Part shown: one piece after another, positions 9,626 to 19,700 of the stretch
Layout: every line of letters begins with the position of its first letter
Position numbering within the stretch: the first letter of the stretch is position 1
Source: an uncultured Solibacteraceae bacterium
GTDB taxonomy: Bacteria > Acidobacteriota > Terriglobia > 20CM-2-55-15
Reading direction: 5' to 3'
DNA: 50,451 nt
NCBI GenBank assembly: GCA_964584785.1
Contig: CAZPBY010000012.1
Coordinates: 1 to 50,451, forward strand
Made by a program: the position numbers and the translations under genes
Notes under the pieces: generated by a model
The model's database searches: none
Told to the model about the DNA's origin: nothing
What the model saw: only the letters and a program-made list of their open reading frames with translations

Positions 9626-10033
9626 CTACGTCGATGAACGATACCCCTTCAGCTCGATCGTATTGTGTTCAGGATCGTTCAAATAAACCGACGGTCCATT
9701 TCCTTCGGCGCCGTAATTGTCGTGAACGTTCCCGAGATCGATTCCGAATTGGTTGAAGTGGCGCCGGAGGCTGTCGATGTCGAAGGGTTCTATGCGAAGG
9801 CAAACGTGATCCATGTTATGGCCATCCGCAGCGGGAGCGGCGCCGCCCATCTTTCCGATCTCGCTATCGACGCTGACGAGGTCGATTAACTGCGAACCGG
9901 CACGAAGGTGTATCAGTCCGAGCCGCTCCACGCGTTTGTCCAGGGCGCAGCCGACGACGTCGCAATAAAACCGGGTCATCCGCTCCACGTCGCGGCATCG
10001 AATGACAATGTGGTCCAGGCCAATGATGTTCAT
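9626..10033 (-). CDS. VOC-family (glyoxalase/bleomycin-resistance/extradiol dioxygenase fold) protein
   Basis: The fold signature is MNIIGLDHIVIRCRDVERMTRFYCDVVGCAL ... NMDHVCLRIEPFD. The start is taken at the internal Met at 10033. Confidence 0.65.
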   Translation of the reverse strand: MNIIGLDHIVIRCRDVERMTRFYCDVVGCALDKRVERLGLIHLRAGSQLIDLVSVDSEIGKMGGAAPAADGHNMDHVCLRIEPFDIDSLRRHFNQFGIDLGNVHDNYGAEGNGPSVYLNDPEHNTIELKGYRSST

Positions 10034-10121
10034 GAACAATATTGTAGTAGCCCGAAATTCAAATGCTGTAACGTAACTGCCACCCAATTCGCTGGGTTAT
10101 TCATCAATAACGGCTGAACCC

Positions 10122-11918
10122 ATGGAGCAGCTGCGCCAACGTAAAGAGTGGAAATTCTTCGGTGTCTTGTGGAAGGCCCACGCCGGGCTTGCGTCCGTGT
10201 GGTGGCTGATTCTGTTCATGCGCGGCGTGCTGCCGGCGGTGCTGTCGATCGCCACCGGCCTGGTTATCCGAAATGTTCAGCAGAATGCCACTCTGACCGT
10301 GCCGCTGGTTTTTGCCGGAGCGGTGTTTCTGTTGCTGCAGATTCTCACGCCGCTTCATTTGGGTGTGGGGTCCAATCTCGGCGATCGAACGGCGTCGTGG
10401 CTTTACGACCGCCTCACCGAATCGTGCGTGCGGCCGCCCGGCATGGGACATCTCGAGGATCCCAAGCTGACAGGCGACCTGATGCTGGCGCGCGATTTCG
10501 ATCTGGCGATGATGGGACCACCCCTGTTTATATCGATGGATTTCATCGCAGGCGGACTGGTGGAAATGATCGGCGGTCTTGCCTCAGCTGTCGTGCTCGG
10601 CTGGTATCACTGGTGGGCTCCGATCCTTCTGGTCGGCGCCTGGTTCGCGACACATTGGCTTTTGCGTGAAAGCGCCGTGTGGCGCGACCGAAATACCGAT
10701 GAGGTGCGGGCGGCGCAACGCGAATCGGAATACGCGTATCGGATCGCAGTCGATCCGCCGGCTGCGAAGGAACTGAGACTGTTCGGCCTCGCCGGCTGGA
10801 TCATCGAGCGGTTCATCACACGGCGGACGCAGTTGCATAAACTGCAGTACGAAGCGACGCGGCTACGAGAGAAGCCGCTCGCGCTCAGCCTGCTGATCGT
10901 TGCTTCGGCGAATATCCTCTTGTTCTGGTCTATCGCAAACTCGGCGTCGACTGGAACCATCGCTCTCTCTCGGGCGATTGTTTTTGCGCAATGTGCGCTC
11001 GGGACGTCCATGATCGCGTTCGGTGGTCTGAATTGGGCTCTCGATTGGGCGGCTTCACCCGTCGGTGCGGTGCTGCGTCTCAAGGCATCGATGGATATCG
11101 CCGGCGCTTTGCATGCCGGGATCCGCGCGGCGGAGAAGATGCCCCGAAGCGAGATCCGTTTTCGCAACGTTACGTTTGCGTATCCGGGCGGCCAGGAAAT
11201 TCTGAAAGACTTCAACCTCACGATTCGCGCCGGCTCATCGCTCGCGATCGTCGGCAGAAACGGTGCAGGAAAGACGACGCTGGCGAAACTGCTTTGCCGG
11301 CTCTACGATCCGCAATCCGGCGCGATCGAAGTGGACGGCGTCGACATTCGAGAGTTGAATATCGAAAGCTGGCGGTCGCGGTTGGCCGCGGTGTTCCAGG
11401 ATTTCATTCGATTCGAACTCTCTCTTCGCGACAACGTGGCTCCGCAGGGCGCACCCGACGACGTGATTCAACGCGCGCTCGAATCCGCTCGAGCGGCAGG
11501 ACTGGCTCATCTGGACACCGTGCTGGCGCGCGGATACGACGGCGGGACCGATCTATCCGGCGGCCAGTGGCAGCGCGTCGCGTTGGCTCGGGCGCTGTGC
11601 GCGGTGGGCATGGGCGCTCGCGTGGTCCTTCTCGACGAGCCTACGGCTCAGCTCGACGTTCGAGGCGAATCGGAAATCTTCGACCGGCTTCTCGAAGCGA
11701 CGCGGAACTGCACCACGATTCTGATCTCGCATCGATTCTCGACCGTCCGGCATGCCGACCGGATCTGCGTTTTGGAAAACGGCTCAGTGACCGAACTCGG
11801 CACGCACGACGAATTGATGGCGCTCGGCGGACGGTATCGCACGATGTTCGATCTGCAGGCGCAGCGATTTGCGGCAACCGAAGACGAGGAAGGCAAAGCC
11901 TATGACGTCCTCGCCTAA
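10122..11918 (+). CDS. ABC exporter, fused permease + ATPase (subunit 1 of a heterodimer)
   Basis: A six-TM N-terminal domain is followed by Walker A GRNGAGKTTL, the signature LSGGQWQRVALARAL, Walker B VVLLDEPTAQLD and an H-loop SHRFST. Confidence 0.85.
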   Translation: MEQLRQRKEWKFFGVLWKAHAGLASVWWLILFMRGVLPAVLSIATGLVIRNVQQNATLTVPLVFAGAVFLLLQILTPLHLGVGSNLGDRTASWLYDRLTESCVRPPGMGHLEDPKLTGDLMLARDFDLAMMGPPLFISMDFIAGGLVEMIGGLASAVVLGWYHWWAPILLVGAWFATHWLLRESAVWRDRNTDEVRAAQRESEYAYRIAVDPPAAKELRLFGLAGWIIERFITRRTQLHKLQYEATRLREKPLALSLLIVASANILLFWSIANSASTGTIALSRAIVFAQCALGTSMIAFGGLNWALDWAASPVGAVLRLKASMDIAGALHAGIRAAEKMPRSEIRFRNVTFAYPGGQEILKDFNLTIRAGSSLAIVGRNGAGKTTLAKLLCRLYDPQSGAIEVDGVDIRELNIESWRSRLAAVFQDFIRFELSLRDNVAPQGAPDDVIQRALESARAAGLAHLDTVLARGYDGGTDLSGGQWQRVALARALCAVGMGARVVLLDEPTAQLDVRGESEIFDRLLEATRNCTTILISHRFSTVRHADRICVLENGSVTELGTHDELMALGGRYRTMFDLQAQRFAATEDEEGKAYDVLA

Positions 11919-13719
11919 GCCGGCTTCACGTAAAGTCATAGACGACCTGCCGCCGGCCCTGTCTTCGATGTGGCGACTGTGCAAACTCGGTTACCGCCAC
12001 GAGCCGGGAATGCTGCTGGCGTCATTTCTCATGTCTCTCTTTGCAGCCGTTCCCGACACCCTCACCGCCGTCTGGCTCGTCGTCCTTGGAAACGGCGTGC
12101 TGCAGCACAATCGAACGCGCGTGCTTGCCGCGGCGATAGCAATCGGTCTCTCGGCGACGGGCACATGGTTCCTGCGAATCGCCACTATGCGCGTGCAGCG
12201 CCGTTTTCGCGATAAGGTGACGATTGCTCTCGAGTCGCACGTTGCAAGACTCCAGGCGTCGACGGCGACCATCGAACATCACGAACGTCCCGAGTATCTC
12301 GACCGGCTCGCGATGCTGCGCAATCAGGTGTTCGTGCTGGATCACATGTATTTGTCGTTGTTCTCGACATGCGCATGGATACTCCGTCTCGCGATCGTGA
12401 TCGTGTTGCTGGTATCGATTCATCCCGGTCTGATCCTTCTGGCCGTATTCGGCGTCCCCGTTTTCTGGACTTCCGCGTGGCGTCCGGCCGTGGAGCGAAA
12501 AGCCTGGGAGAGCCGCGCTTGGGCACACCGTCTGGCGCGGCATCTGTTCGTCACCGCGACGACGGCGGCTTCCGGCAAGGAAGTGCGGGTCACCGGAATT
12601 GGTGAGCGTTTGATCGTCGATCGACGGTCGGCGTGGGAATGGTGGTATGCGGGCGTCTCCAGGGCCCGATGGGATACGGCCCGCTGGCACGCACTCGCAT
12701 GGGCCGTTTTCGGCAGCGCCTACATTGGAGCTGTTGTTTTTGTCGCCGCCGTATTGCACGCTTCCGCCGGCAACGTTCTGCTTGTCCTCGCAGCGGGCGC
12801 GCGGCTATCGGCTTACATCGGAGGCACTGTCGGCGAGATCGGATTCCTGCGTGGTATCTGGATGGATGGTTCGAAGCGGCTCGCCTGGCTCGAGAATTAC
12901 GTCGCCTCTCTGAGCGCTGCGGCGGATCTGCCGGTGCCGACGCGTCTCGCGAAAGGGATTCGTCTGGCCAATGTGTCCTTCGCTTATCCCGGCATCGATC
13001 GACTGGTTCTCAACGACGTGTCGCTGGATCTTCCCGCCGGTTCCGTTGTGGCGATCGTTGGCGAAAACGGAGCCGGCAAAACGACGCTGGTGAAGTTGCT
13101 CGGCAAGTTCTACGAACCGACGACGGGGACGATCTACGTCGACGACCAGCCGCTCGCACGCATACCCGCCGAAGGCTGGCGACAGCGTATTGCCGGCGCC
13201 TTTCAGGATTTTTTCCGTTTTGAATTGCGCGCGCGGCAAAGCATCGGCGTTGGTGACCTCCCGCATCTGGACGACACCGTTGCCGTCACGACCGCTGTGG
13301 ATCGCGCCGGGGCCGCCGACGTTGTGGCCAGATTGCCCGTCGGCCTGGATACGCAATTAGGTCCGACGTGGCCTCAAGGTGTCGAGGTTTCGTTTGGACA
13401 ATGGCAAAAAGTCGCGCTCGCCCGCGGCTTCATGCGCGAACAACCGCTGCTCATCGTTCTCGACGAACCGACCGCGGCTCTCGATGCGGAAACCGAACAC
13501 GCCCTGTTCGAACGATACGCCGAAGCGGCGCACGGCAACAAAAGCGCGGGCCGCATCACGATTCTCGTGTCCCACCGGTTCAGCACGGTCCGCATGGCCG
13601 ACCTCATCATCGTTCTCGACGGCTCACGCGTCGCCGAAGTGGGAACCCACCAAGAGTTAATGGCTCGTCGCGGCCCTTACTCCGAGCTGTACGGCATTCA
13701 GGCCGCGGCGTATCAGTGA
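11902..13719 (+). CDS. ABC exporter, fused permease + ATPase (subunit 2, degenerate signature)
   Basis: The ATG at 11902 is preceded by a GAGGAAGG SD and overlaps the subunit 1 stop by 17 nt. It has Walker A GENGAGKTTL, a degenerate signature VSFGQWQKVALARGF, and Walker B LIVLDEPTAALD. Confidence 0.85.
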   Translation: MTSSPKPASRKVIDDLPPALSSMWRLCKLGYRHEPGMLLASFLMSLFAAVPDTLTAVWLVVLGNGVLQHNRTRVLAAAIAIGLSATGTWFLRIATMRVQRRFRDKVTIALESHVARLQASTATIEHHERPEYLDRLAMLRNQVFVLDHMYLSLFSTCAWILRLAIVIVLLVSIHPGLILLAVFGVPVFWTSAWRPAVERKAWESRAWAHRLARHLFVTATTAASGKEVRVTGIGERLIVDRRSAWEWWYAGVSRARWDTARWHALAWAVFGSAYIGAVVFVAAVLHASAGNVLLVLAAGARLSAYIGGTVGEIGFLRGIWMDGSKRLAWLENYVASLSAAADLPVPTRLAKGIRLANVSFAYPGIDRLVLNDVSLDLPAGSVVAIVGENGAGKTTLVKLLGKFYEPTTGTIYVDDQPLARIPAEGWRQRIAGAFQDFFRFELRARQSIGVGDLPHLDDTVAVTTAVDRAGAADVVARLPVGLDTQLGPTWPQGVEVSFGQWQKVALARGFMREQPLLIVLDEPTAALDAETEHALFERYAEAAHGNKSAGRITILVSHRFSTVRMADLIIVLDGSRVAEVGTHQELMARRGPYSELYGIQAAAYQ

Positions 13720-14324
13720 GCGGGCGCCGGAGACCCCGTGACGGACACACCGAGGTCGCGCAACAGGCCGTTCCCAATCGAGTAAATCCAGCCGTGAATG
13801 CTGATGCTCTGCCCTCGAGCCCAGGCATCGCGAAGAGTGCTCGTCCGTCCGACATTGAACACCTGGGCTTGGACATTCAGCTCGCACAGGCGATTGAAAC
13901 GGCCGTCGCGATCGAGTTCGCCGAGTTCGCGCTGATGCTGATCATGCAAGTCGCGGACGGGCTTCAACCAGTTGTCGCTGAGTCCGAGCTTGCGGCCGTC
14001 CAGCGCGGCTTCGACGCCACCGCATCCATAATGGCCGCAGACGATGATGTGCCGTACCCGGAGCACATCCACGGCGAATTGAATGACGGAGAGGCAGTTG
14101 AGGTCGTCTAGCCCGACGACATTCGACACGTTGCGGTGAACGAAAAGCTCGCCGGGCAGCAACCCCACGATTTCGTTTGCGGGCACTCGACTGTCGGCAC
14201 AGCCAATCCACAAATACTTCGGCGTCTGCTGGCGGGAAAGCCTGAGGAAAAACTCGGGGTCCTTCGCCGTCATTCGTTCGACCCAGCGTCGATTGTTGTC
14301 GAAGAGTCCGTTCAATTCATCCAT
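13713..14324 (-). CDS. can: Beta-class carbonic anhydrase
   Basis: The zinc-ligand motifs are LWIGCADSRVP (CxDxR) and IIVCGHYGCGG (HxxC). The start is taken at MDELNGLF (14322-14324), which aligns with the E. coli Can N-terminus and avoids overlap with the upstream lipoprotein gene. Confidence 0.8.
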   Translation of the reverse strand: MDELNGLFDNNRRWVERMTAKDPEFFLRLSRQQTPKYLWIGCADSRVPANEIVGLLPGELFVHRNVSNVVGLDDLNCLSVIQFAVDVLRVRHIIVCGHYGCGGVEAALDGRKLGLSDNWLKPVRDLHDQHQRELGELDRDGRFNRLCELNVQAQVFNVGRTSTLRDAWARGQSISIHGWIYSIGNGLLRDLGVSVTGSPAPAH

Positions 14325-14340
14325 ACCGTTGGCGCATGGA

Positions 14341-14811
14341 TCAATTCTGCCGTTTAGCCACGACCGGATCTTCGCGACGGCCGTCAATGGTCGACTGTTC
14401 CATCAGGTCGCGATCGGGAGTCAGAGAGTAAATCATGGTGAGGGTCGTGCCACCGGCCGCTTTTGCGTCAACCTGTATTGTGGCGCCCACCACTCGCGCT
14501 GAGGTCTCGTATTGATCCTTGTCGCCGAACCATGGGCCATCGTCCTGAACTTTTCCATTCAGTTTGAGGGCGTGTTGCTCGGAGGTGACCGCGCCCAGGT
14601 ACCCGCTTTTCCGGATCATGGTGATGCGATCGCATCCACTCTGTTCGACAGAGATATGAACCTGTCCGTCTTCACCCTGAATCATGTAGTTTCCCGAGAG
14701 ATTCGCGCAGTCCGATCGGCCGCCCGCGGCATCCTTTCCGATTTTCGAGCAGCACGCAAGCGCAGCGGCCGTCGCCAGGAGTGCGATCCATCGAAGTCGA
14801 ATCCGCTTCAT
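14341..14811 (-). CDS. Hypothetical secreted protein / possible lipoprotein
   Basis: The signal peptide MKRIRLRWIALLATAAALACCSK has Cys directly after the hydrophobic core, and the protein has no recognisable domain. It sits 16 nt upstream of the carbonic anhydrase on the same strand. Confidence 0.5.
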   Translation of the reverse strand: MKRIRLRWIALLATAAALACCSKIGKDAAGGRSDCANLSGNYMIQGEDGQVHISVEQSGCDRITMIRKSGYLGAVTSEQHALKLNGKVQDDGPWFGDKDQYETSARVVGATIQVDAKAAGGTTLTMIYSLTPDRDLMEQSTIDGRREDPVVAKRQN

Positions 14812-14869
14812 GTCCTTCGATAATATCTAAGTCATGTCATTATTCGGAGAGTATTAAGGAGGAAAACGC

Positions 14870-15592
14870 ATGTCCGACGGCGGCTTCAAGGATCATCCCG
14901 TGGTTTCCCATGAGCAGTGGATTGCGGCGCGCACGGCATTTCTCGTAAAGGAGAAAGAGTTCACTCGATTGCGTGACGAACTCAGCCGGCAACGAAGGGA
15001 ACTTCCGTGGGAGAACGTCACGAAGACGTATATCTTCACCGGCGAAAACGGTACCGAGACACTCGCGGCTCTGTTCGAGAACCGCAGCCAGCTTGTGGTC
15101 TATCACTTCATGTTCGATCCCGCGTGGGACGCCGGGTGCCCGCACTGCTCGTTCTGGGCCGACAATTTCGATCCGATCATCATTCACCTGAATCATCGCG
15201 ACATCACCATGGTGGCGATTTCCCAGGCACCGTACGAGAAAATCGCCGCATACCGGAAGCGCATGGGATGGAGTTTCAAGTGGTTGTCGTCGGGCGGGAG
15301 CGATTTCAACTTCGATTATCAGGTGGCGTTCACGCCGAAAGAGGTCGCAAACAAGGACGCATTCTACAACTATACCCGCCAAAATCCGCAGGCCCCTCAG
15401 AGAGAAGGCGTGAGCGTTTTTTACAAGGACGGCAGCGGCAGCATTTTTCATACGTACTCCGCGTATGCCCGCGGCATCGATCTGGTCAACACGGCATACA
15501 ACTACGTCGACCTGACGCCGAAAGGCCGCGACGAAAACGGCCGCAATCAATTTTGGGTCCGCCGTCACGACGAATATGGCGGGTTGCCGTAA
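14870..15592 (+). CDS. DUF899 thioredoxin-like protein
   Basis: It has a CPHC dithiol motif in a DUF899-like context (VVYHFMFDPAWDAGCPHCSFWAD). A strong AAGGAGGA SD lies upstream. Confidence 0.7.
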   Translation: MSDGGFKDHPVVSHEQWIAARTAFLVKEKEFTRLRDELSRQRRELPWENVTKTYIFTGENGTETLAALFENRSQLVVYHFMFDPAWDAGCPHCSFWADNFDPIIIHLNHRDITMVAISQAPYEKIAAYRKRMGWSFKWLSSGGSDFNFDYQVAFTPKEVANKDAFYNYTRQNPQAPQREGVSVFYKDGSGSIFHTYSAYARGIDLVNTAYNYVDLTPKGRDENGRNQFWVRRHDEYGGLP

Positions 15593-15607
15593 CACGGCGG
15601 AGGCGTG

Positions 15608-16693
15608 CTACACCCTTGGCGACGCACCGGGAGTGATCTTGCCTAGAACCACAGGGCGGCTCGCTCCGGTTACCGACGGAATGTTCCCCACACGACCGCG
15701 AATCGCCTCAATCGCCAGGAGGGCAAAAGCGGCCGGCTCCTTCGCGAGAGGATGAATGCCGTAAGCTGCGATCGAAGTCACAGCCGCAGGTGCGAGCATC
15801 GACTCGAGGTGGTTCATGAGCGTGCGATTGAAAACGCCGCCGCCCGACACGATGATCTCTGTGATCTTGTGCTTCACGAATCGCGACCGCGCGTCGGCAA
15901 TGGTTCTCGCCGTGAAGAACGTAAGCGTCGCGACGACGTCCGCCGGCCGACGCCGCAGTTCCCCGCCCAACCGGTCCACCAGAAACTGGTGGCTGAACAA
16001 TTCACGGCCCGTCGATTTCGGGGGTGATATTCGAAAGTATTCGTGGTCAAGACGCGCGAGCCATTCGTGAACGACTTCTCCCGACTTCGCCACGCGGCCG
16101 GCGGCGTCGTACTCTTTCCTGAACGCGATTCGCATCGCTTCGTCGATGAGACAGTTGCCGGGGCCTGTATCGAACCCGATCGGTTTTTTCGAAACAGCCG
16201 TGAGGTTGGCGATACCGCCGATATTGAGAGTCGCCGCGGGACGAACGCCGAAAACGAACCGATCGAAGTACGGAACCAGCGGAGCGCCCTGGCCGCCCGC
16301 GGCGATGTCCGCCGGCCGGAAATCGCTGACCGTCGTGACTCCCGTTGCCGCGGCAATGTGCGCCGCCTCGCCCAGCTGCAGCGTGTGGCGGCCCGGCTCG
16401 TGCCACACGGTTTGTCCATGACAGCCGATGACGTCGATGCGACTGCGGCCAATGAAAATGGTGGCGACCTTCGCGAAGAACTTTCCCAAATCGGAATGCA
16501 GTTGCGAAAGGTCGGGCGTTCGAAGTTCCTGCGCCCTCAACACGCGCTCGCGCAGCGACGGCGGATACGCGAACGTCCGGTACGCGAGCAGCTTCATCCC
16601 GTTCCCGACACGGATTCTTGCGGCGGACACGCCGTCGGCGGACGTGCCGGACATGAGACCCACTGCAATCCAATTGAAAGTTCGCGGCATCAA
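15608..16693 (-). CDS. anmK: Anhydro-N-acetylmuramic acid kinase
   Basis: The N-terminal GLMSGTSADG motif and a family fold of about 360 aa support the call. Confidence 0.85.
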   Translation of the reverse strand: MMPRTFNWIAVGLMSGTSADGVSAARIRVGNGMKLLAYRTFAYPPSLRERVLRAQELRTPDLSQLHSDLGKFFAKVATIFIGRSRIDVIGCHGQTVWHEPGRHTLQLGEAAHIAAATGVTTVSDFRPADIAAGGQGAPLVPYFDRFVFGVRPAATLNIGGIANLTAVSKKPIGFDTGPGNCLIDEAMRIAFRKEYDAAGRVAKSGEVVHEWLARLDHEYFRISPPKSTGRELFSHQFLVDRLGGELRRRPADVVATLTFFTARTIADARSRFVKHKITEIIVSGGGVFNRTLMNHLESMLAPAAVTSIAAYGIHPLAKEPAAFALLAIEAIRGRVGNIPSVTGASRPVVLGKITPGASPRV

Positions 16694-16775
16694 TTCCCCT
16701 TTTCATAACTCAAAATCTCTGTTACAGGATGATCTATCAGTAGAGGGGGGAATGAATATTGGGAGGAACGCTACA

Positions 16776-19700
16776 ATGAAAAATAAAAAACAAATTCAAA
16801 TAATCATGTTTGTGTGCCTTGCCGCGTTGATTGGGAGTGCGGCGCTGTCGGCACAGACTGCGACGGGACGAATCGTGGGGAACATCACGGATCCAACGGG
16901 CGCCGTGATTCCCGGTGTTCGTGTGATCGCGACGAATGCCGGAACCGGAGTGAGCGTCGAGACTCTCACGAACGAAACAGGCGCGTATCAGATCCTGCTG
17001 CTGCCTGTGGGCAATTACGAGATCACAGCCGAGCTGGCCGGATTCCAGAAAGTTGTCACGAAACCGGAAAGGCTCGACGTCAATCAGTCGCTGCGCATTG
17101 ATGTCAAGCTGCAGGTCGGCGCTGTAACACAGGAGGTGGTCGTCGAAGAGGCGGCCACGCACATCGAGACGGAGTCGGCCACCTTGGGAATCGTCATCGG
17201 CGCCACGCAGATTTCGAACCTGCCGCTCAACGGACGCAACGTTCTCGATCTTGCGCTGCTCCAGCCCGGAGTCATTCCAAACACGTCCGGTAACGGAAGC
17301 TTCAGCGTTTCCGGAGGCCGGGGCGATTCCGTGACCTATTTGCTCGACGGCGGAGTGAACAACAACCTGCTCAGCAATGCGGCAGTGCTCAATCCGAATC
17401 CCGACGTCGTCGAAGAATTTCGGATCCTCACGAACAACTACGGCGCGGAGTACGGCCGCAATGCCGGCGGAATCGTGAGCGTGGTCACGAAGTCCGGAAC
17501 GAACCAGTTCCACGGCACCGCGTACGATTACGTTCGCAATGACGCGCTGAATGCGAATTCGTTCTTCAACAACGCGAACACGCTGAAGAAGGACATTCTG
17601 AAACGCAATCAATTCGGCGGCACCCTGGGAGGTCCGGTCTTCAAGGACAAGCTCTTCTTCTTCAGCGGCTGGCAGAGCCAGCGCCAGTCGCAACTGCAGA
17701 CGACCAGCAAAACAACAGTCTTCACGCCGGCGGAATTGAGAGGAGACTTTTCAAAATCCAATACGGCTGGGACCGGCCCCGACGCCAACGTGGTGGCATT
17801 CCTGCAGAAGTTTCCCTACTTCCAGCCCGATGCCAGTCTGGCAGCTCAGGGAATCATCGATCCGTCGCGCATCAATTCGGTTGCGAAGAACTACATCAGC
17901 AAGAGCCTGATTCCCACGTCCGACGTGGGTTATCTGTTCTCGCAGGGATCGGCCCGTGATAACCGCGATGAGATCACGAATAAGGTCGATTACTTCCTGA
18001 CGGACCGGGATCGAATATCCACGACACTGGGTTGGAACCGCCAAACAACGATCAGTCCGTTCTCGACGGCGAACGTACCCGGCTATCCCAATCAGACCCA
18101 GCGCAAGCAGTATTACTTCGCAACGAATTATGTGAAAACGATTTCGCCGACCATGGTCAACGACTTCCGCTTCACCGCGCAGCGAAACAACAGCCTGCAG
18201 TCGGTGCCCGTTTCAAAGAGACCGACGCCGCAGGAACTTGGAATTGGAATCATTCCGGATGAAGCGACGGGTCCCACCATTCTGGCGTTTTCCAGCGGAC
18301 TCACGGTCGGCTTCAGCCCGCAAGGCCCGTCCCGGCTGATCGACAACACATTCACCTGGACCGACAGCCTGACGTGGACCCACGGCAAGCACACGTTCAA
18401 GACAGGCGCCACGTTCACGCCGTATCAGGACAACCAGGTTTTCGACTTTTATATCGACGGGCAGTTCAACTTCAGGAACACCGGAGCTTCAAGTTCCAAG
18501 AACGATCGCGCGGACTTCCTGTTAGGAGTGCCCGATCAGTTCCGTCAGTATCCGGCGGCGCCCACGAACATCCGCACGAAGAACTTCGGCGGATACGTTC
18601 AGGATGAATGGAAGTTTTCGAGAACGGTCACGCTGTCGTTCGGTCTGCGGTACGAGTACAGCTCTCCGAAGTTCGACCGGTTCGGCCAGACGTTTTCGTA
18701 CGTGTACGGAGCAAAATCCACGGTCTTTCCCAATGCCCCGCTCGGGCTGGTGTTCCCCGGAGACTCGCAAGCTCCGAAGGGCTCGAACTTTCCCGATAAG
18801 AATGATGTTGCGCCGCGATTCGGATTCGCGTGGTCGCCGAGCGACAAGATGGTCATTCGCGGCGGAGCAGGCGTGTTCTATGACATCCTGAAGGCCGAAG
18901 ACAACTTCCAGTTCAACGGTCAAAAGCCGTTCTTCCCGACGGCCAGTTTCAATTTCAATGCGCTCGCAGCCAATCCGACGGCGGAAGTGAATTATCTGAC
19001 ACAGCCATTCGTGGCCGCGGGAATCAACAATCCATTCCCGACTCGGGCCACGCCTCGCGACATTGATTTCGTCAAAGCGGGATACTTGCCTTTCGGCGAT
19101 AGCGGTGTGTACTCGGTCGATGTGAATCTAAGGACGCCCTACATCTATCAGTACAACCTCGATATCCAACGCGAAGTGGCGCGGAACACCGTTGTGGACA
19201 TCGCATATGCCGGCAGCAGTTCTCACAAACTGACGGGCTTGTATGACGCGAATCCGTTCATCGTCGATAAGCCCGTGCCGACAACACGGTTGTTCAATGC
19301 CATTGCCGGCAACCCATCGAACGCGTTCAGTTACCTTACGACGTTTGCGAATGTCGGAACGGCAAACTACAACTCGCTGCAGTTGGGTCTGAACCGGCGA
19401 TACTCCGACATGCATGTTCTTGGCAATCTGGACTATCAGTTCTCGTACACGTACAGCAAATCGCTGGACACCGAATCCGGTTTCCGTGCCCGCAACGGCA
19501 CGGTTCCCACATACGATCGAAAGCGATTTCGCGCAGTGTCGGACTTCGATCTGACCAACTACGTATCGCTTTCGGGCAACTGGGAACTCCCGTTCATGAA
19601 GATGTGGCAGAGCGGGCCATCGCGATTGGTCAAAGGCTGGAACGTTCTGCCGATCGTGACGTATCGCACGGGTTCGCCGCTGGATGTGACCGCCGGCCTT

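Noticed and set aside
10991-11905. 304-aa Arg-rich ORF
   Set aside because: It is an out-of-frame overlap of the ABC exporter NBD. More than 25% of its residues are Arg, and it is not credible as a protein.
15874-16706. Several ORFs (15874..16452 minus; 16043..16708 plus; 16047..16706 minus) over anmK
   Set aside because: They are alternative or antisense frames of anmK, which has a diagnostic GLMSGTSADG motif. They are Arg-rich with no motifs.
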